Shown: piece after piece, positions 33,568 through 44,600 of the stretch
How positions within the stretch are numbered: position 1 is the first letter of the stretch
Layout of the letters: each line of letters starts with the position of its first letter
NCBI GenBank assembly: GCA_963663965.2
Contig: CAXXFK010000006.1
Coordinates: forward strand, 244,891-308,890
Reading direction: 5' to 3'
DNA: 64,000 nucleotides
DNA from: Sedimentisphaerales bacterium
GTDB taxonomy: Bacteria > Planctomycetota > Phycisphaerae > Sedimentisphaerales > SM23-30
Notes under the pieces: model-generated
The model's database searches: none
What the model saw: the letters and a program-made list of their open reading frames with translations, nothing else
Told to the model about the DNA's origin: nothing
Translations under genes and position numbers: made by a program

Positions 33568-34589
33568 GACTTCCTGTACCTAATGAACAACTAATTTATA
33601 TTATATTTATTTTATTAATCAAGAAATTAATTCGTAATGCAGAGATAGGATATAACTTATCACGGGAATCCTGAAAAGGGAAATTATTAAAATATAAATA
33701 TATTAGCAGCTTGACCTGTTAGGCGTATGGGGGGTGTATACAGTATACAAAAACGCCATAAATTGCTTGAAAATGTATACATTTGAGCGTAAAATAAAAA
33801 TAGATTAATTGCGCATATGATCGTGTAAGATCATTGATTACAAGTGGATATGTAATTGCTGCTCTGTGCCTGGGAGCGCTTGTGGTCCTGGGGGTCGGGG
33901 GTTCGAGGCCCGGACCGGGCCGACTTTGAAGATGATTTCGGGTTTGGACATATTCCGCTGATTCCTCCTATCGATTGGTTCTACCTATCAGTACGATAGA
34001 CTAAACGATTGTACTATATCAAGCTTGTGCTGATGCTGGAACCTTTACGGCCAAAGCAGGCAGGCGGATAACAGCGCCCGGTAACGCGGCGCTGGATAAG
34101 GACCAGCCGGACTGAGGCCGGGGAGTATGGAATCAGCATCACCGGACACACTCCCATCGCAATGCAAGGGTCAACGGAAACAGACCATGGATCAGTTCGA
34201 TTGATATCAGGAAGAATAAGCTGGTTGCGTAAGCAGGTGTAAGGAGGGCGCGGAGAAACCATTGGGGAGCAGCCTGGCTGATCAAGCCTTGCGGTGGATT
34301 TGGATTGCCGGCCGAAATAGGTGCGTTCCGGGCGGGAAAAGGCCAAATTCAGATAGATCGGTTCTGTAGTCAAAACCATGGAAACCATCAGGGCTTGGCA
34401 GGATGTGAGAGTCAGGAAATATCCGGTTACAGGCAAAATGGATTCATTCGTTTAATCGCAGGAAGGATCTTTCCTTTTAACTAAGACTTCAAAGTATTTA
34501 AAGCTTATGGTTGATACAGGTTGTGTGTAGCTTTATTTTGTGAGTATTGGGATGCCATCGATAGCTATTTATAGGTCCGTGATTTCATC

Positions 34590-35288
34590 TTGGCTGACAT
34601 GGAAATTCAATCCACTTCCGCTTCAGGCCAGCGGAAAAGAAAGAAACAAAGCCGGTATGAACGGTTCGGTGAGGTACTGCGTTATCTGACCCTGGAGGAA
34701 CTGCGGTTGTTTTTTGATGGGATTGATACCTACCGCCACAAGCTAATGTTCCAGGTCATCTATGAGCTGGGCTGCCGGGTGGGGGAGTTTGTCCGGATCC
34801 AACTCAAGCATCTGAGTTTTACCCGCAGTACCGTATTCTTTCCCGCGGCCAATACCAAGACTCGACATGCCCGGACCAGCTATCTGCCCCAGGGATTAAT
34901 GAATGAACTCAAGAGTCAGCTGCGTCAGCAGGGCATGGTGAGCAAACGGTCTGATCAGATACTCAAGCCGGAGGCCTATCTGTTTCATCCCGGCCATCGC
35001 TGGCAACAGCCCTATACTGAAACCCTGATCCGGCAGATCTTTCAGTATTATATTGAGAAAAGCCAGTTGCAGCAGATTTACAGTCAGGACCGACGGGGCC
35101 GAAATCTCAAGATGGTTACTGTACACTCCCTGCGTCACAGTCATATTATGCACTACATATTGGATAAGGGATTACCGCTGCCGTTCGTTCAGCGTCAGGT
35201 AGGGCATCGCAGTCTGAAAACCACCTCGGTCTATCTGGCGCCTTCTTCGGAAAAGATTGCCCGGGCCTATCAGGCTGCCCGGCAGTAA
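34590..35288 (+). CDS. Short tyrosine recombinase (catalytic domain only)
   Basis: GCRVGE, TKT, HSLRHS, VGH, TTSVY: a complete R-K-H-R-H-Y set. Confidence 0.9.
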   Translation: MADMEIQSTSASGQRKRKKQSRYERFGEVLRYLTLEELRLFFDGIDTYRHKLMFQVIYELGCRVGEFVRIQLKHLSFTRSTVFFPAANTKTRHARTSYLPQGLMNELKSQLRQQGMVSKRSDQILKPEAYLFHPGHRWQQPYTETLIRQIFQYYIEKSQLQQIYSQDRRGRNLKMVTVHSLRHSHIMHYILDKGLPLPFVQRQVGHRSLKTTSVYLAPSSEKIARAYQAARQ

Positions 35289-35379
35289 ACCGCTGCCGGC
35301 GATTATGGCGGTTATCCAGTGTCAGCCCGTTAACTCTCACTTTTCCGGATTTTGGCATGGGTTTGCCAGAGGGGCGAAT

Positions 35380-35403
35380 TTCACATTTGCTAACAAATGT
35401 GAA
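35380..35403. promoter_or_regulatory. Perfect 10-bp inverted repeat TTCACATTTG-CTAA-CAAATGTGAA (candidate protein-binding or recombination site)
   Basis: Seen directly. A further CAAATGTGAA half-site is at 35466-75. Function is inferred. Confidence 0.45.
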
Positions 35404-35554
35404 GGAATTGCCCGAAACAGCATCCCAATCAGCTGGCAGATGAGGTTCTATGCACAGACTTTCGTCAAATGTGAAAAAAATGGGAATTGAATCCCATTTT
35501 CAGGTTATATCCCTTGGCGATGATTAGAATTGTACATGATCTTTTTTCTAATTG

Positions 35555-36175
35555 TCATCTCTCAATGTAATAGACATTGGCCCTTTTCTCTTGCCAGCCA
35601 TGGACGCCAATCTTTTCGATTAAGGCAGCTCGGAATCGCCTTCTTCTACCGGTGATCGTTTGCCGATAAGAATCATCGGGAATAATCAGATTAATAACCA
35701 ATTTAACCAGTGTTTTATTATCGTACCACTGTAAACGATCATCGTTTTTCCGATTTATGATTAATTCAGCAATCTCTTCCGCAATTGGTTTCACAAATAA
35801 CGGCGCGGCTCGCTTGTAAGCTTGCCGATAAGTCTCATGATGGACACCCGTACACATCGCATCCAGATCGACATACCAAGTTTGCACTTCCGCACGCGAG
35901 GAACCAAAATTGATGGCGCCGTGCCTTTCGATCTCAAAATAGAGTTCCGGTGGTTCCCAACGCAGATGTGTAATGCGACGCAATTTACTCATGTTCATGG
36001 CATGTAAATCAGTACCGTCAAGATAATCCCAAATAGTAATCAGGAAATCGTGAACTTTGTCATCGTCATCGACACTACCTGCCGGTATTTTGGCTAGATA
36101 GTCTTTCATCGCCTTGATTGATTCGTTTATATCAAAAATGTCCACGACAGGCTCCTTTAATTGGTTTTTTGACAA
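35555..36175 (-). CDS. Hypothetical protein
   Basis: 206-aa ORF with protein-like composition. No family recognised. Confidence 0.6.
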   Translation of the reverse strand: MSKNQLKEPVVDIFDINESIKAMKDYLAKIPAGSVDDDDKVHDFLITIWDYLDGTDLHAMNMSKLRRITHLRWEPPELYFEIERHGAINFGSSRAEVQTWYVDLDAMCTGVHHETYRQAYKRAAPLFVKPIAEEIAELIINRKNDDRLQWYDNKTLVKLVINLIIPDDSYRQTITGRRRRFRAALIEKIGVHGWQEKRANVYYIER

Positions 36176-36196
36176 TCAGTCTATTGTGCCACCGCA

Positions 36197-36436
36197 TCAT
36201 GTGTCGGGGGTAAACAATACCGTACATTGTTCCAGCATCTTTCGACTAAGTTGTTTGGCCTCCGCTGCTATTCTTATCCGTTGAGGATTGGTCAACAGAA
36301 TGCGTTGGTTCTGTTGCTCATGTTGTTCAATCAAGACTTCCACCTGAGTTTTGAGAGACTCAATCGCCTGATAGAGCTCTTTATGGATGCAGTAGGCCAT
36401 ATATGTCGCAAGGGTGATTCATAACCTCTGTTTCAT
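36197..36436 (-). pseudogene. N-terminal remnant of an integrase-core transposase
   Basis: ..LKTQVEVL..RILLTNPQRIRIAAEAKQLSRKMLE..LFTPDT resembles the N-terminus of these transposases. It has an early in-frame TGA and stops abruptly. Confidence 0.5.
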
Positions 36437-36715
36437 CGTCCTCCAAGTCTATCAAATCAGGAAATACTTGCAACCAGGTTCGCCCGAACATTCTTTAAGT
36501 GCCTGTTTTCAAGGAAATTATGGGATATTAATTTTTGCACCCTAAGCCGAGTTGGGTTTATAAGTACAAAATACTTAAGATGAGTTAAGAATGTACTTCA
36601 TTATTAAAAATGGCTGCTGGGATTGCATGTTATTAAAATCAAAAACAGCTATTCTGTCTAAAAACTGTCTAAAATTAATACCAATTTATTGCAATTTAAT
36701 ATTTTAAATTAAGAA

Positions 36716-36748
36716 AAATCCTTACAAATTCTTTATTTGTAAGGATTT
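36716..36748. terminator. Hairpin AAATCCTTACAAAT-TCTTT-ATTTGTAAGGATTT immediately 3' of the tRNA fragment
   Basis: Perfect 14-bp stem with A/T-rich flanks. Confidence 0.55.
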
Positions 36749-36755
36749 AGTTTAA

Positions 36756-36798
36756 TGGGCGATACTGGACTTGAACCAGTGACCCCCAGCTTGTCGAG
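36756..36798 (-). other. 3' half of tRNA-Val(GAC): att site of an integrative element
   Basis: Reverse complement is CTCGACAAGCTGGGGGTCACTGGTTCAAGTCCAGTATCGCCCA (anticodon loop, T-arm, acceptor 3' strand). The 5' half is absent and an integrase starts about 200 bp away. Confidence 0.85.
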
Positions 36799-37006
36799 AT
36801 GTGTATAATGGATTGCATAAATGCTGTAAAAATAATTAATAATAACATAAAGCGATATATTATAGTATGATATGAAAATTAAATAAATCGTGCATATTTG
36901 GCAAAAAGAGAATATAATGCTCTATATGTCATAAAGAGTGTCATAATCTGATTTTTAAGAAGATTCAAATTGGTCAAATTATGACACTTTGTTTGGAGGC
37001 AAAATT

Positions 37007-38236
37007 ATGTCAAATAAGCATGGCTTACCCGGAACAATATGGTTGAATCATGGGCGTTGGTACTGGAAGGTTAAGTTGCCCGGTGATATTCGACGTAAGG
37101 ACATTCCGCTTATCCCTTCGGAAGCTAAATATGCAACGAATGATTATGGGGTAGCCGTTGAAATTGCCCGTGAGATCTATCGCCGGCATACCACGACCCC
37201 GCGGCCGGGTGAGGGGGAAAGTATTGCGGATCTGGTGGGGGCCTATCTGGCTTATGCGCAACAATATTATCGGCAGGGACGTGAGTTGGTAAATATTCAG
37301 GCGGCCCTGACCCATTTGACAGAACGGTATGGGAGGATACCGGCTGAGGATTTTGGACCTAAAGATCTACGATACCTTCAAGAGCAAATGATCGAATTGA
37401 CCTATAGAAATTCGCCTCGGCGTCGTTTCGCCCGGTCAACAATCAATAAATATATTGGAATATATAAACGGGTCTTTAACTGGGCGGTCGCCGAAGGGAG
37501 ACTTCCTCCCAGCGTGGGGTATGGCTTAAACTGTGTAGCCAATTTAAAGAAAAACCGGAGTGATGCTCGCGAAGGCGAGGTGATTCAGCCTGTCACCAAA
37601 GAACAGGTGTGGGCGGTTTTGCCTTATTGCTCATCAGTGGTAGCGGCCATGGTCCAGGTGCATTACTATACCGGCATGAGGCCAACGGAGTTATGTAATA
37701 TGCGATGGGAGGATATTGACAGGACCGATAAGGTATGGGTTTACCGGCCGGCGGAGTTGGAAGGGCGCCAGGCCCATAAAACTGCCCATCTGGGACATGA
37801 GCGAGCTATTGCCATTGGACCAAGGGCGCAAGCAGTAATCAATTCTCTAATCAAAAGAGAAGAGAAGAGTGGATTTGTTTTTTCTCCTCAAGTTGCGGTG
37901 CGGGAAATGCGTCAACGTCGAAGAAAGCAACGAAAAACACCTGAGCAATATGGTAATAGACCCGGTACCAACCGAAAAGCAAAACCGCAAAGTCAACCCG
38001 GGGATCATTATAATCGGTATACTTACGCGAAAGCTATCCGTCGAGCCTGTATAGAAGCAAAGATCAATCCCTGGGCGCCGAATCAATTGCGGCATACCGC
38101 CGCTACACGTATTCGTCGTGAGATGGGATTGGATGCCGCTGGAGCTACATTAGGCCATAGCACGGTCAGTACAACTCAGATCTGTGCGGGAATCTGTCGG
38201 GATAAAGCCATTGCCGTTGCGGAAAAAATGGGGTGA
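37007..38236 (+). CDS. Phage-type tyrosine integrase, probably inactive (catalytic Tyr->Cys)
   Basis: TGMRPTE, HKT, PNQLRH, LGHS..TTQICA (TGT at 38183). GGAGG RBS before ATG 37007. Confidence 0.9.
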   Translation: MSNKHGLPGTIWLNHGRWYWKVKLPGDIRRKDIPLIPSEAKYATNDYGVAVEIAREIYRRHTTTPRPGEGESIADLVGAYLAYAQQYYRQGRELVNIQAALTHLTERYGRIPAEDFGPKDLRYLQEQMIELTYRNSPRRRFARSTINKYIGIYKRVFNWAVAEGRLPPSVGYGLNCVANLKKNRSDAREGEVIQPVTKEQVWAVLPYCSSVVAAMVQVHYYTGMRPTELCNMRWEDIDRTDKVWVYRPAELEGRQAHKTAHLGHERAIAIGPRAQAVINSLIKREEKSGFVFSPQVAVREMRQRRRKQRKTPEQYGNRPGTNRKAKPQSQPGDHYNRYTYAKAIRRACIEAKINPWAPNQLRHTAATRIRREMGLDAAGATLGHSTVSTTQICAGICRDKAIAVAEKMG

Positions 38237-38612
38237 ATGTCGAGACAAATTATATTACGTTCTTAATGATTTATAGTTTATATCCTTAACTGTTTTAATG
38301 CCTAAGGTTATGGTCGCTCGATATTAAATTTTCAATAAGTTCTTATGTTGATTTTATGCTTGTTAGTCAATAAGAAAATATATCTTAATTTTATGCAGGT
38401 AATTTGATGATGACTATTTGAAAATTATTAAAAAAATATTGACGGATTATAAATATACTAATAAATTATTTAGTGCAGTAATTGGTTTTGACGGGAATAC
38501 ATAAATATATGTAAGACAGTTTATCTGCTCAATCCGTTATTGCCGGCTTAAGTACTAGATTTGTCTTAATTATCGCCAATCATGTGATTAATACTGTAGT
38601 AAGGAGTATAGT

Positions 38613-41600
38613 ATGGGTGCTTTAAGTCGAATCGTACGGAAAATTATAAAGGGTAAAGATCAATATAATCTTCAACTTGAACAATATGAATCTCGGGTAT
38701 TACTTAGCGCTTCTCCTCCTATGATTGGTCCACTTGATTTCGAAGGTGTCATGATGATCCCTCTTGAAAATACTTGTCTTTTAACAGACACCACCTCGAA
38801 GCTTAACGAATGTATTGAACCTACGGGGTATGTTCATGATGTTATTAACCCTAAAAATACAAGTGAATCAATTGTAGAGTTTGTGGCTTCTGATGTACAG
38901 ACGCAATCTGTTATGACGATCTTCTTCGATGACTTCTCTGATGGTAACATGGACGGATGGTATCGCGGAGATTGGGATTCCGGATCAGGTAGTGACTACT
39001 GGGGGTTAGTAAATGATGGGTTATATGCACCTCAGCCTTGGTGTGCCGCAGTTTCAGATGGTGGTGCTACTGTATGGTCTGACTACGACAACGATATGCA
39101 GGCATATATGTACCACTATATTGATCTGAGTGGGTATGATGGTTGTTACCTACAGTTCGACTACTATCTTGCATCAGAAGAAACATACGATGAACTGTTA
39201 GTACATGTCTATGCTGACGGGGGATGGTCATCTGCTCTGTGGTCCGACTCTGGATTTCACAATTGGGATGGGAGTTCCTCAACTACAGTAGATCTTAGCT
39301 CTTATGACGGAAAAGAAATCTATATTGAGTTTGAGTTTCGAAGTGATAGCTCTGTAGAAAGAACTGATTGGGAAGGTGACGGTGCTTGGGTCGATAATAT
39401 CAGAGTCAAAGGATCGGCAGTATCCTCCGATCTCACGAAGCAAACCGACCACATAAATAGCACCAGTGCCTTTCCTGGGGATACATTAGAAGTCGATCTA
39501 ACAATAGTGAACAGCGGATCTAATTCAGCTAACTCCTCCTATGTTTACTACTACTGGAAAAAGGGTTCAAAGGAATATTCTGACACTTATAAGGTTGGTC
39601 AGGATTATGTGAAAAGTCTTTCACCCCAAGACACCTCAGATGAGAGCTTTGAGTTTACGGTCCCCGCAGGATCTTTGGCGGGTACTTACTACTTATACTA
39701 TTGGATAGATGCTCGCGAGGAAATTAGTGAGAGTATCGAAACCAATAATAAATGGGCGTGGACTGTTACGGTCAACGAACCGACGAAAATATTATCTGTC
39801 GACTTTGAGCCGGATGATGGTTCCCAGGGTACTGTTGATGAGACAAAAACAGTGACAGTTTCCGTTGGTGCAGAGATTGCACAGCCAGGTGTTCTTCAGG
39901 TATGGATGTACGATGATGATTTTTCGACCCAGGATACGGAGTGGATATATATTGATGCTCCGCAGAGTACAGTACGTACGTTTGAACTGGCCTTGGTCGA
40001 GTCTGAGGTTGGTGCGCGTGACTATTCGACATATATTCAATTTCGGCCAAACGTAACGACCGGGCCGTTCATTTCAACGGAGCTATACGACTCGATCTGG
40101 ACTGGCAGTGATTATACCATCGACTGGAACGGAATTCCCGATCTCACGAGGCAAACGGACCACATAAATAGCACCAGTGCCTTTCCTGGGGATACATTAG
40201 AAGTTGATCTAACAATTGTGAACAGCGGATCTAATTCAGCTAACTCCTCCTATGTTTACTACTACTGGAAAAAGGGTTCAAAGGAATATTCTGACACTTA
40301 TAAGGTTGGTCAGGATTATGTGAAAAGTCTTTCACCCCAAGACACCTCAGATGAGAGCTTTGAGTTTACGGTCCCCGCAGGATCTTTGGCGGGTACTTAC
40401 TACTTATACTATTGGATAGATGCTCGCGAGGAAATTAGTGAGAGTATCGAAACCAATAATAAATGGGCGTGGACTGTTACGGTCAACGAACCGACGAAAA
40501 TATTATCTGTCGACTTTGAGCCGGATGATGGTTCCCAGGGTACTGTTGATGAGACAAAAACAGTGACAGTTTCCGTTGGTGCGGAGATTGCACAGCCAGG
40601 TGTTCTTCAGGTATGGATGTACGATGATGATTTTTCGACCCAGGATACGGAGTGGATATATATTGATGCTCCGCAGAGTACAGTACGTACGTTTGAACTG
40701 GCCCTGGTCGAGTCTGAGGTTGGTGCGCGTGACTATTCGACATATATTCAATTTCGGCCAAACGTAACGACCGGGCCGTTCATTTCAACGGAGCTATACG
40801 ACTCGATTTGGACTGGCAGTGATTATACCATCGACTGGAACGGAATTCCCGATCTCACGAGGCAAATGGACCACATAAATAGCACCAGTGCCTTTCCTGG
40901 GGATACATTAGAAGTTGATCTAACAATTGTGAACAACGGATCTATCTCAGCTAACTCCTCTTATGTCTACTACTACTGGAAAAAGGACTCAAAGGAATAT
41001 TCTGACACTTATAAGGTTGGTCAGGATTATGTTGAAAGTCTTTCACCCCAAGACACCTCAGATGAGAGCTTTGAGTTTACGGTCCCCGCAGGATCTTTGG
41101 CGGGTACTTACTACTTATACTATTGGATAGATGCTCGCGAGGAAATTAGTGAGAGTATCGAAACCAATAATAAATGGGCGTGGACTGTTACGGTCAACGA
41201 ACCGACGAAAATATTATCTGTCGACTTTGAGCCGGATGATGGTTCCCAGGGTACTGTTGATGAGACAAAAACAGTGACAGTTTCCGTTGGTGCAGAGATT
41301 GCACAGCCAGGTGTTCTTCAGGTATGGATGTACGATGATGATTTTTCGACCCAGGATACGGAGTGGATATATATTGATGCTCCGCAGAGTACAGTACGTA
41401 CGTTTGAACTGGCCTTGGTCGAGTCTGAGGTTGGTGCGCGTGACTATTCGACATATATTCAATTTCGGCCAAACGTAACGACCGGGCCGTTCATTTCAAC
41501 GGAGCTATACGACTCGATCTGGACTGGCAGTGATTATACTATAGACTGGGACGGAATTCCTGATCTTGAAGCGACATTGACTATCCTTAGTAACGGCTGC

Positions 41601-44600
41601 TATTGGGGTGACCAGGTTGGGTTCGAAGTAGGAACAGAAAACACAACGGGTGTACCAACGAATCATAATTGGAAAGTATATTTAGTGATGTCGCCAGACT
41701 CAAACGTGACGATTACAGATTATATACTAGATGAATGGCTGATTCCTATAGGTAGTGGCGAATGGGGAATGTCATTATTGGAGGAATTACCAGCTACTCC
41801 ACCGTCAGGATTTTCAAGCGATGGAATTGTGTATTTTGGTTTAATCGCTGATGTAGCGAACAACATAATCGAGCAAAACGAAATAAATAATATAGATATT
41901 GAAACGATACGAATAAGTAAATATAATAATCCTCCCACAATAGATATTTTAGTTGGGCCAGGTGATGGCGATACGATTAATTATGATGATGTAAAATATG
42001 AATGGTCTGGCTATGATTCTGATGGGTATATTAGCGGTTACGAAGTAAAAATGGATGACTCAGGCTGGTCGACTGCAAACAAAACTATGACATTTCCAAA
42101 TCTTTCCGAAGGAAAACATGAATTTTCTGTCAGGGCAATAGACAATGACAATCAATATTCTAACTGGTCACACAATACTTTTAATGTGGATTTAGATGAA
42201 AACCAAGAACCAGGAGACACAATTGCCTATTCATATGACTTGGGTACATTGAAATTGAATGACTCAAAAAATATTACAGAGATGGTTGGGAATGGTTTAC
42301 ATTTGAATAAAGACATAGATATATTCAAAATAAGTTTAGAGGATAATGCCAAAGTAACATTTGACATAGATACAACACCGCCGGTGTCTTCATTAGATTC
42401 ATATTTACGTTTATTCGATAGTTATGGTTCAGAAATTGCATTTAGTGATGATGAGGCATCACCGGGAGAGTCAAACACACTTGATTCATTTTTAGAACGT
42501 TATCTATCCGTTGGCACTTATTATATTGGAGTTTCGGGGTATCCCAATGTTCGTTACTTGCCCTCAAATAATAGCTCCGCAGTTTCTGGAAGCACAGGTA
42601 ATTATACACTGAGCGTTACAGTTTCTAGTCCTGAGGATCAGCCACAGGATATTCGACCTTTAGATGTTATTCAACTATCAGGTGACTTCGAAGAAACGAG
42701 TGATGGGCTACATACCGCTACTGGAACGATTGTCGTGAATGACTTTTTAACTGTTATTGGAACGATCACCTATGATGATGAACTGAATATCCATGGCGAT
42801 GGGGAAGTATGGGTACATAATATCCCTATTATTGGTGATGCCATGTTGATGGATGATGAATTTGATTTTCCCGCCGGCGAGGTTATAACCGATAAACTGA
42901 ACGGAGCACTATCAAGCCTGGCTGTAGCCGGATTGGATCTTAAGCTAGACCGATTCTTGTTAGTTGAAAATGGAGTCCGATTGGAAGGGGCTCTGAAATT
43001 ACCCGATTTAATGGGTGGTACTGAAATCAAATTTGCCAATCCGCATTTCATTGATATTACCACAGAAGGGTTATTTTATGACTTTGTTGTTACCCCCAAT
43101 GACCTAAGTTTTAAATTAAACAAGTTGGAGTTTATTTCCGAGGATGTTGAGTTGGCCGTATCTAATGCTGATGGCCAGGCGGAAGCAACCCTTTCAGGAT
43201 TGTTTACGGTCAACATTTTGGGTACCAATATTTCTGTAGATTTGGATAAGGAGCAGGGGCGCTATTTCCGTTTTTCTCAGAGTGGTGATTGGGATCTGGT
43301 AGGAACAATTATGGTTGATCGGGTGGATTTCTTGAAAAACAAGCTTTATGTTGAAGATCTTATTATTGATCTAGATACGACTGAAATGAATTTTCACGGA
43401 GAAGGATGGATTCATCTCCCCATTGGTAACGGTGTGAATGTTTTCGGAACACTTGAGATTGTACAAGGGTATTTGGATTCTGTCGGTTTGACCGTAAGTG
43501 AATTAGATGTACTAGTATGGTCACCGCCACCAATATATTTGGACACCATAGGTGGTTCTGTCCAAAATATGACTCCAGATGAAATCGATGGCGAACCAAC
43601 CTTGATCACTGTCAATGCGGGTTTTCAGCTAGGGCCGGATATTGGAGACTATAATTTAATCTATCTTGATCTTAACGGATGGGTTGACATGGCTGGCGGC
43701 ATGGGAGGTAGCGCTGGGGTTAAGTTAGGAAATCCTGACGATCCGTTTGCCGGCGGAAATGTGTCCGTGAGTTGGTTTCCCTATAAAGACCTGTTTACCT
43801 TGGATGGCAATATCTTTATTGGGGATAGTGAGGATCCCATCGTCGGTTTAGAGGGATCGCTAGCATCATCCGGTGATGTCATTAGCGGGCAACTTGAGGG
43901 AGGCATTTATACCAAGCATATTCCGGGTTGGGTCAAAGATATTTATAAAGGATGGAACATTATTAATCCATGGTCTCCGCACTTCGGAGATTTTGATTAT
44001 GAAATGCCCGATGAAATAACGGGTCAAGCATATTTCATTGTAAGCGATGATGGCAATGAAAAGAATGATTTTATCATGGTTGGTTCAAAAGATTTGCTAA
44101 CGGTTAAAATTATCTTAGATGGGGACTTTAATGTTTTTGATGACATCAAAGCAGTGAAATTCAAAGAACTGGAAAAACTTATTGATGATGATGTTGCCAA
44201 CGAGGAGAGGGCGACAGCATTATCGGGTCTGGACGATCCTGGGTCCGCTGTTATAGAATCTTATAATCTGCCGGTCAGTCTGGAGGGGGTGGTATTCCAG
44301 TTGGAATGGGAAAATAATAGTGCAGGATTTGAAATCTTCAAGCCAGACGGCACTCGGATTACCATTGACAATGTAGATGATTATTCCAATATAACGGTAG
44401 TAGAAAATAGCGAATCGCATTTAATTACCTTTGTTGTTTATTCGCCGACCGGAGGGGTATGGCAAACGGCAGTTCCCGATACAACCAATATTGGGAACTA
44501 CACGATCCGGGTTCAAAGTCGCACTAACGATCCGGTAATTTCTTTGTTAGAACCTCATAGTGATATATCGACGACCTCGGTGGATATTACCTGGGTGGAT

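Noticed and set aside
33568..33674. Displaced 3' end of the helicase gene after IS630
   Set aside because: The translation shows no recognisable continuation and no matching target duplication.
33860..33926. Functional tRNA-Pro gene
   Set aside because: The T-stem and acceptor stem do not pair and there is no clear anticodon arm. Kept only as a possible decayed att site.
34014..34436. 140-aa minus-strand ORF
   Set aside because: TTG start, atypical composition and no recognisable domain.
35353..35367. Second sigma-54 promoter TGGCATGGGTTTGCC
   Set aside because: GG-to-GC spacing is one base short and there is no plus-strand gene downstream.
36756..36798. Complete tRNA-Val gene
   Set aside because: The D-arm and 5' acceptor strand are missing; this is only the 3' half.
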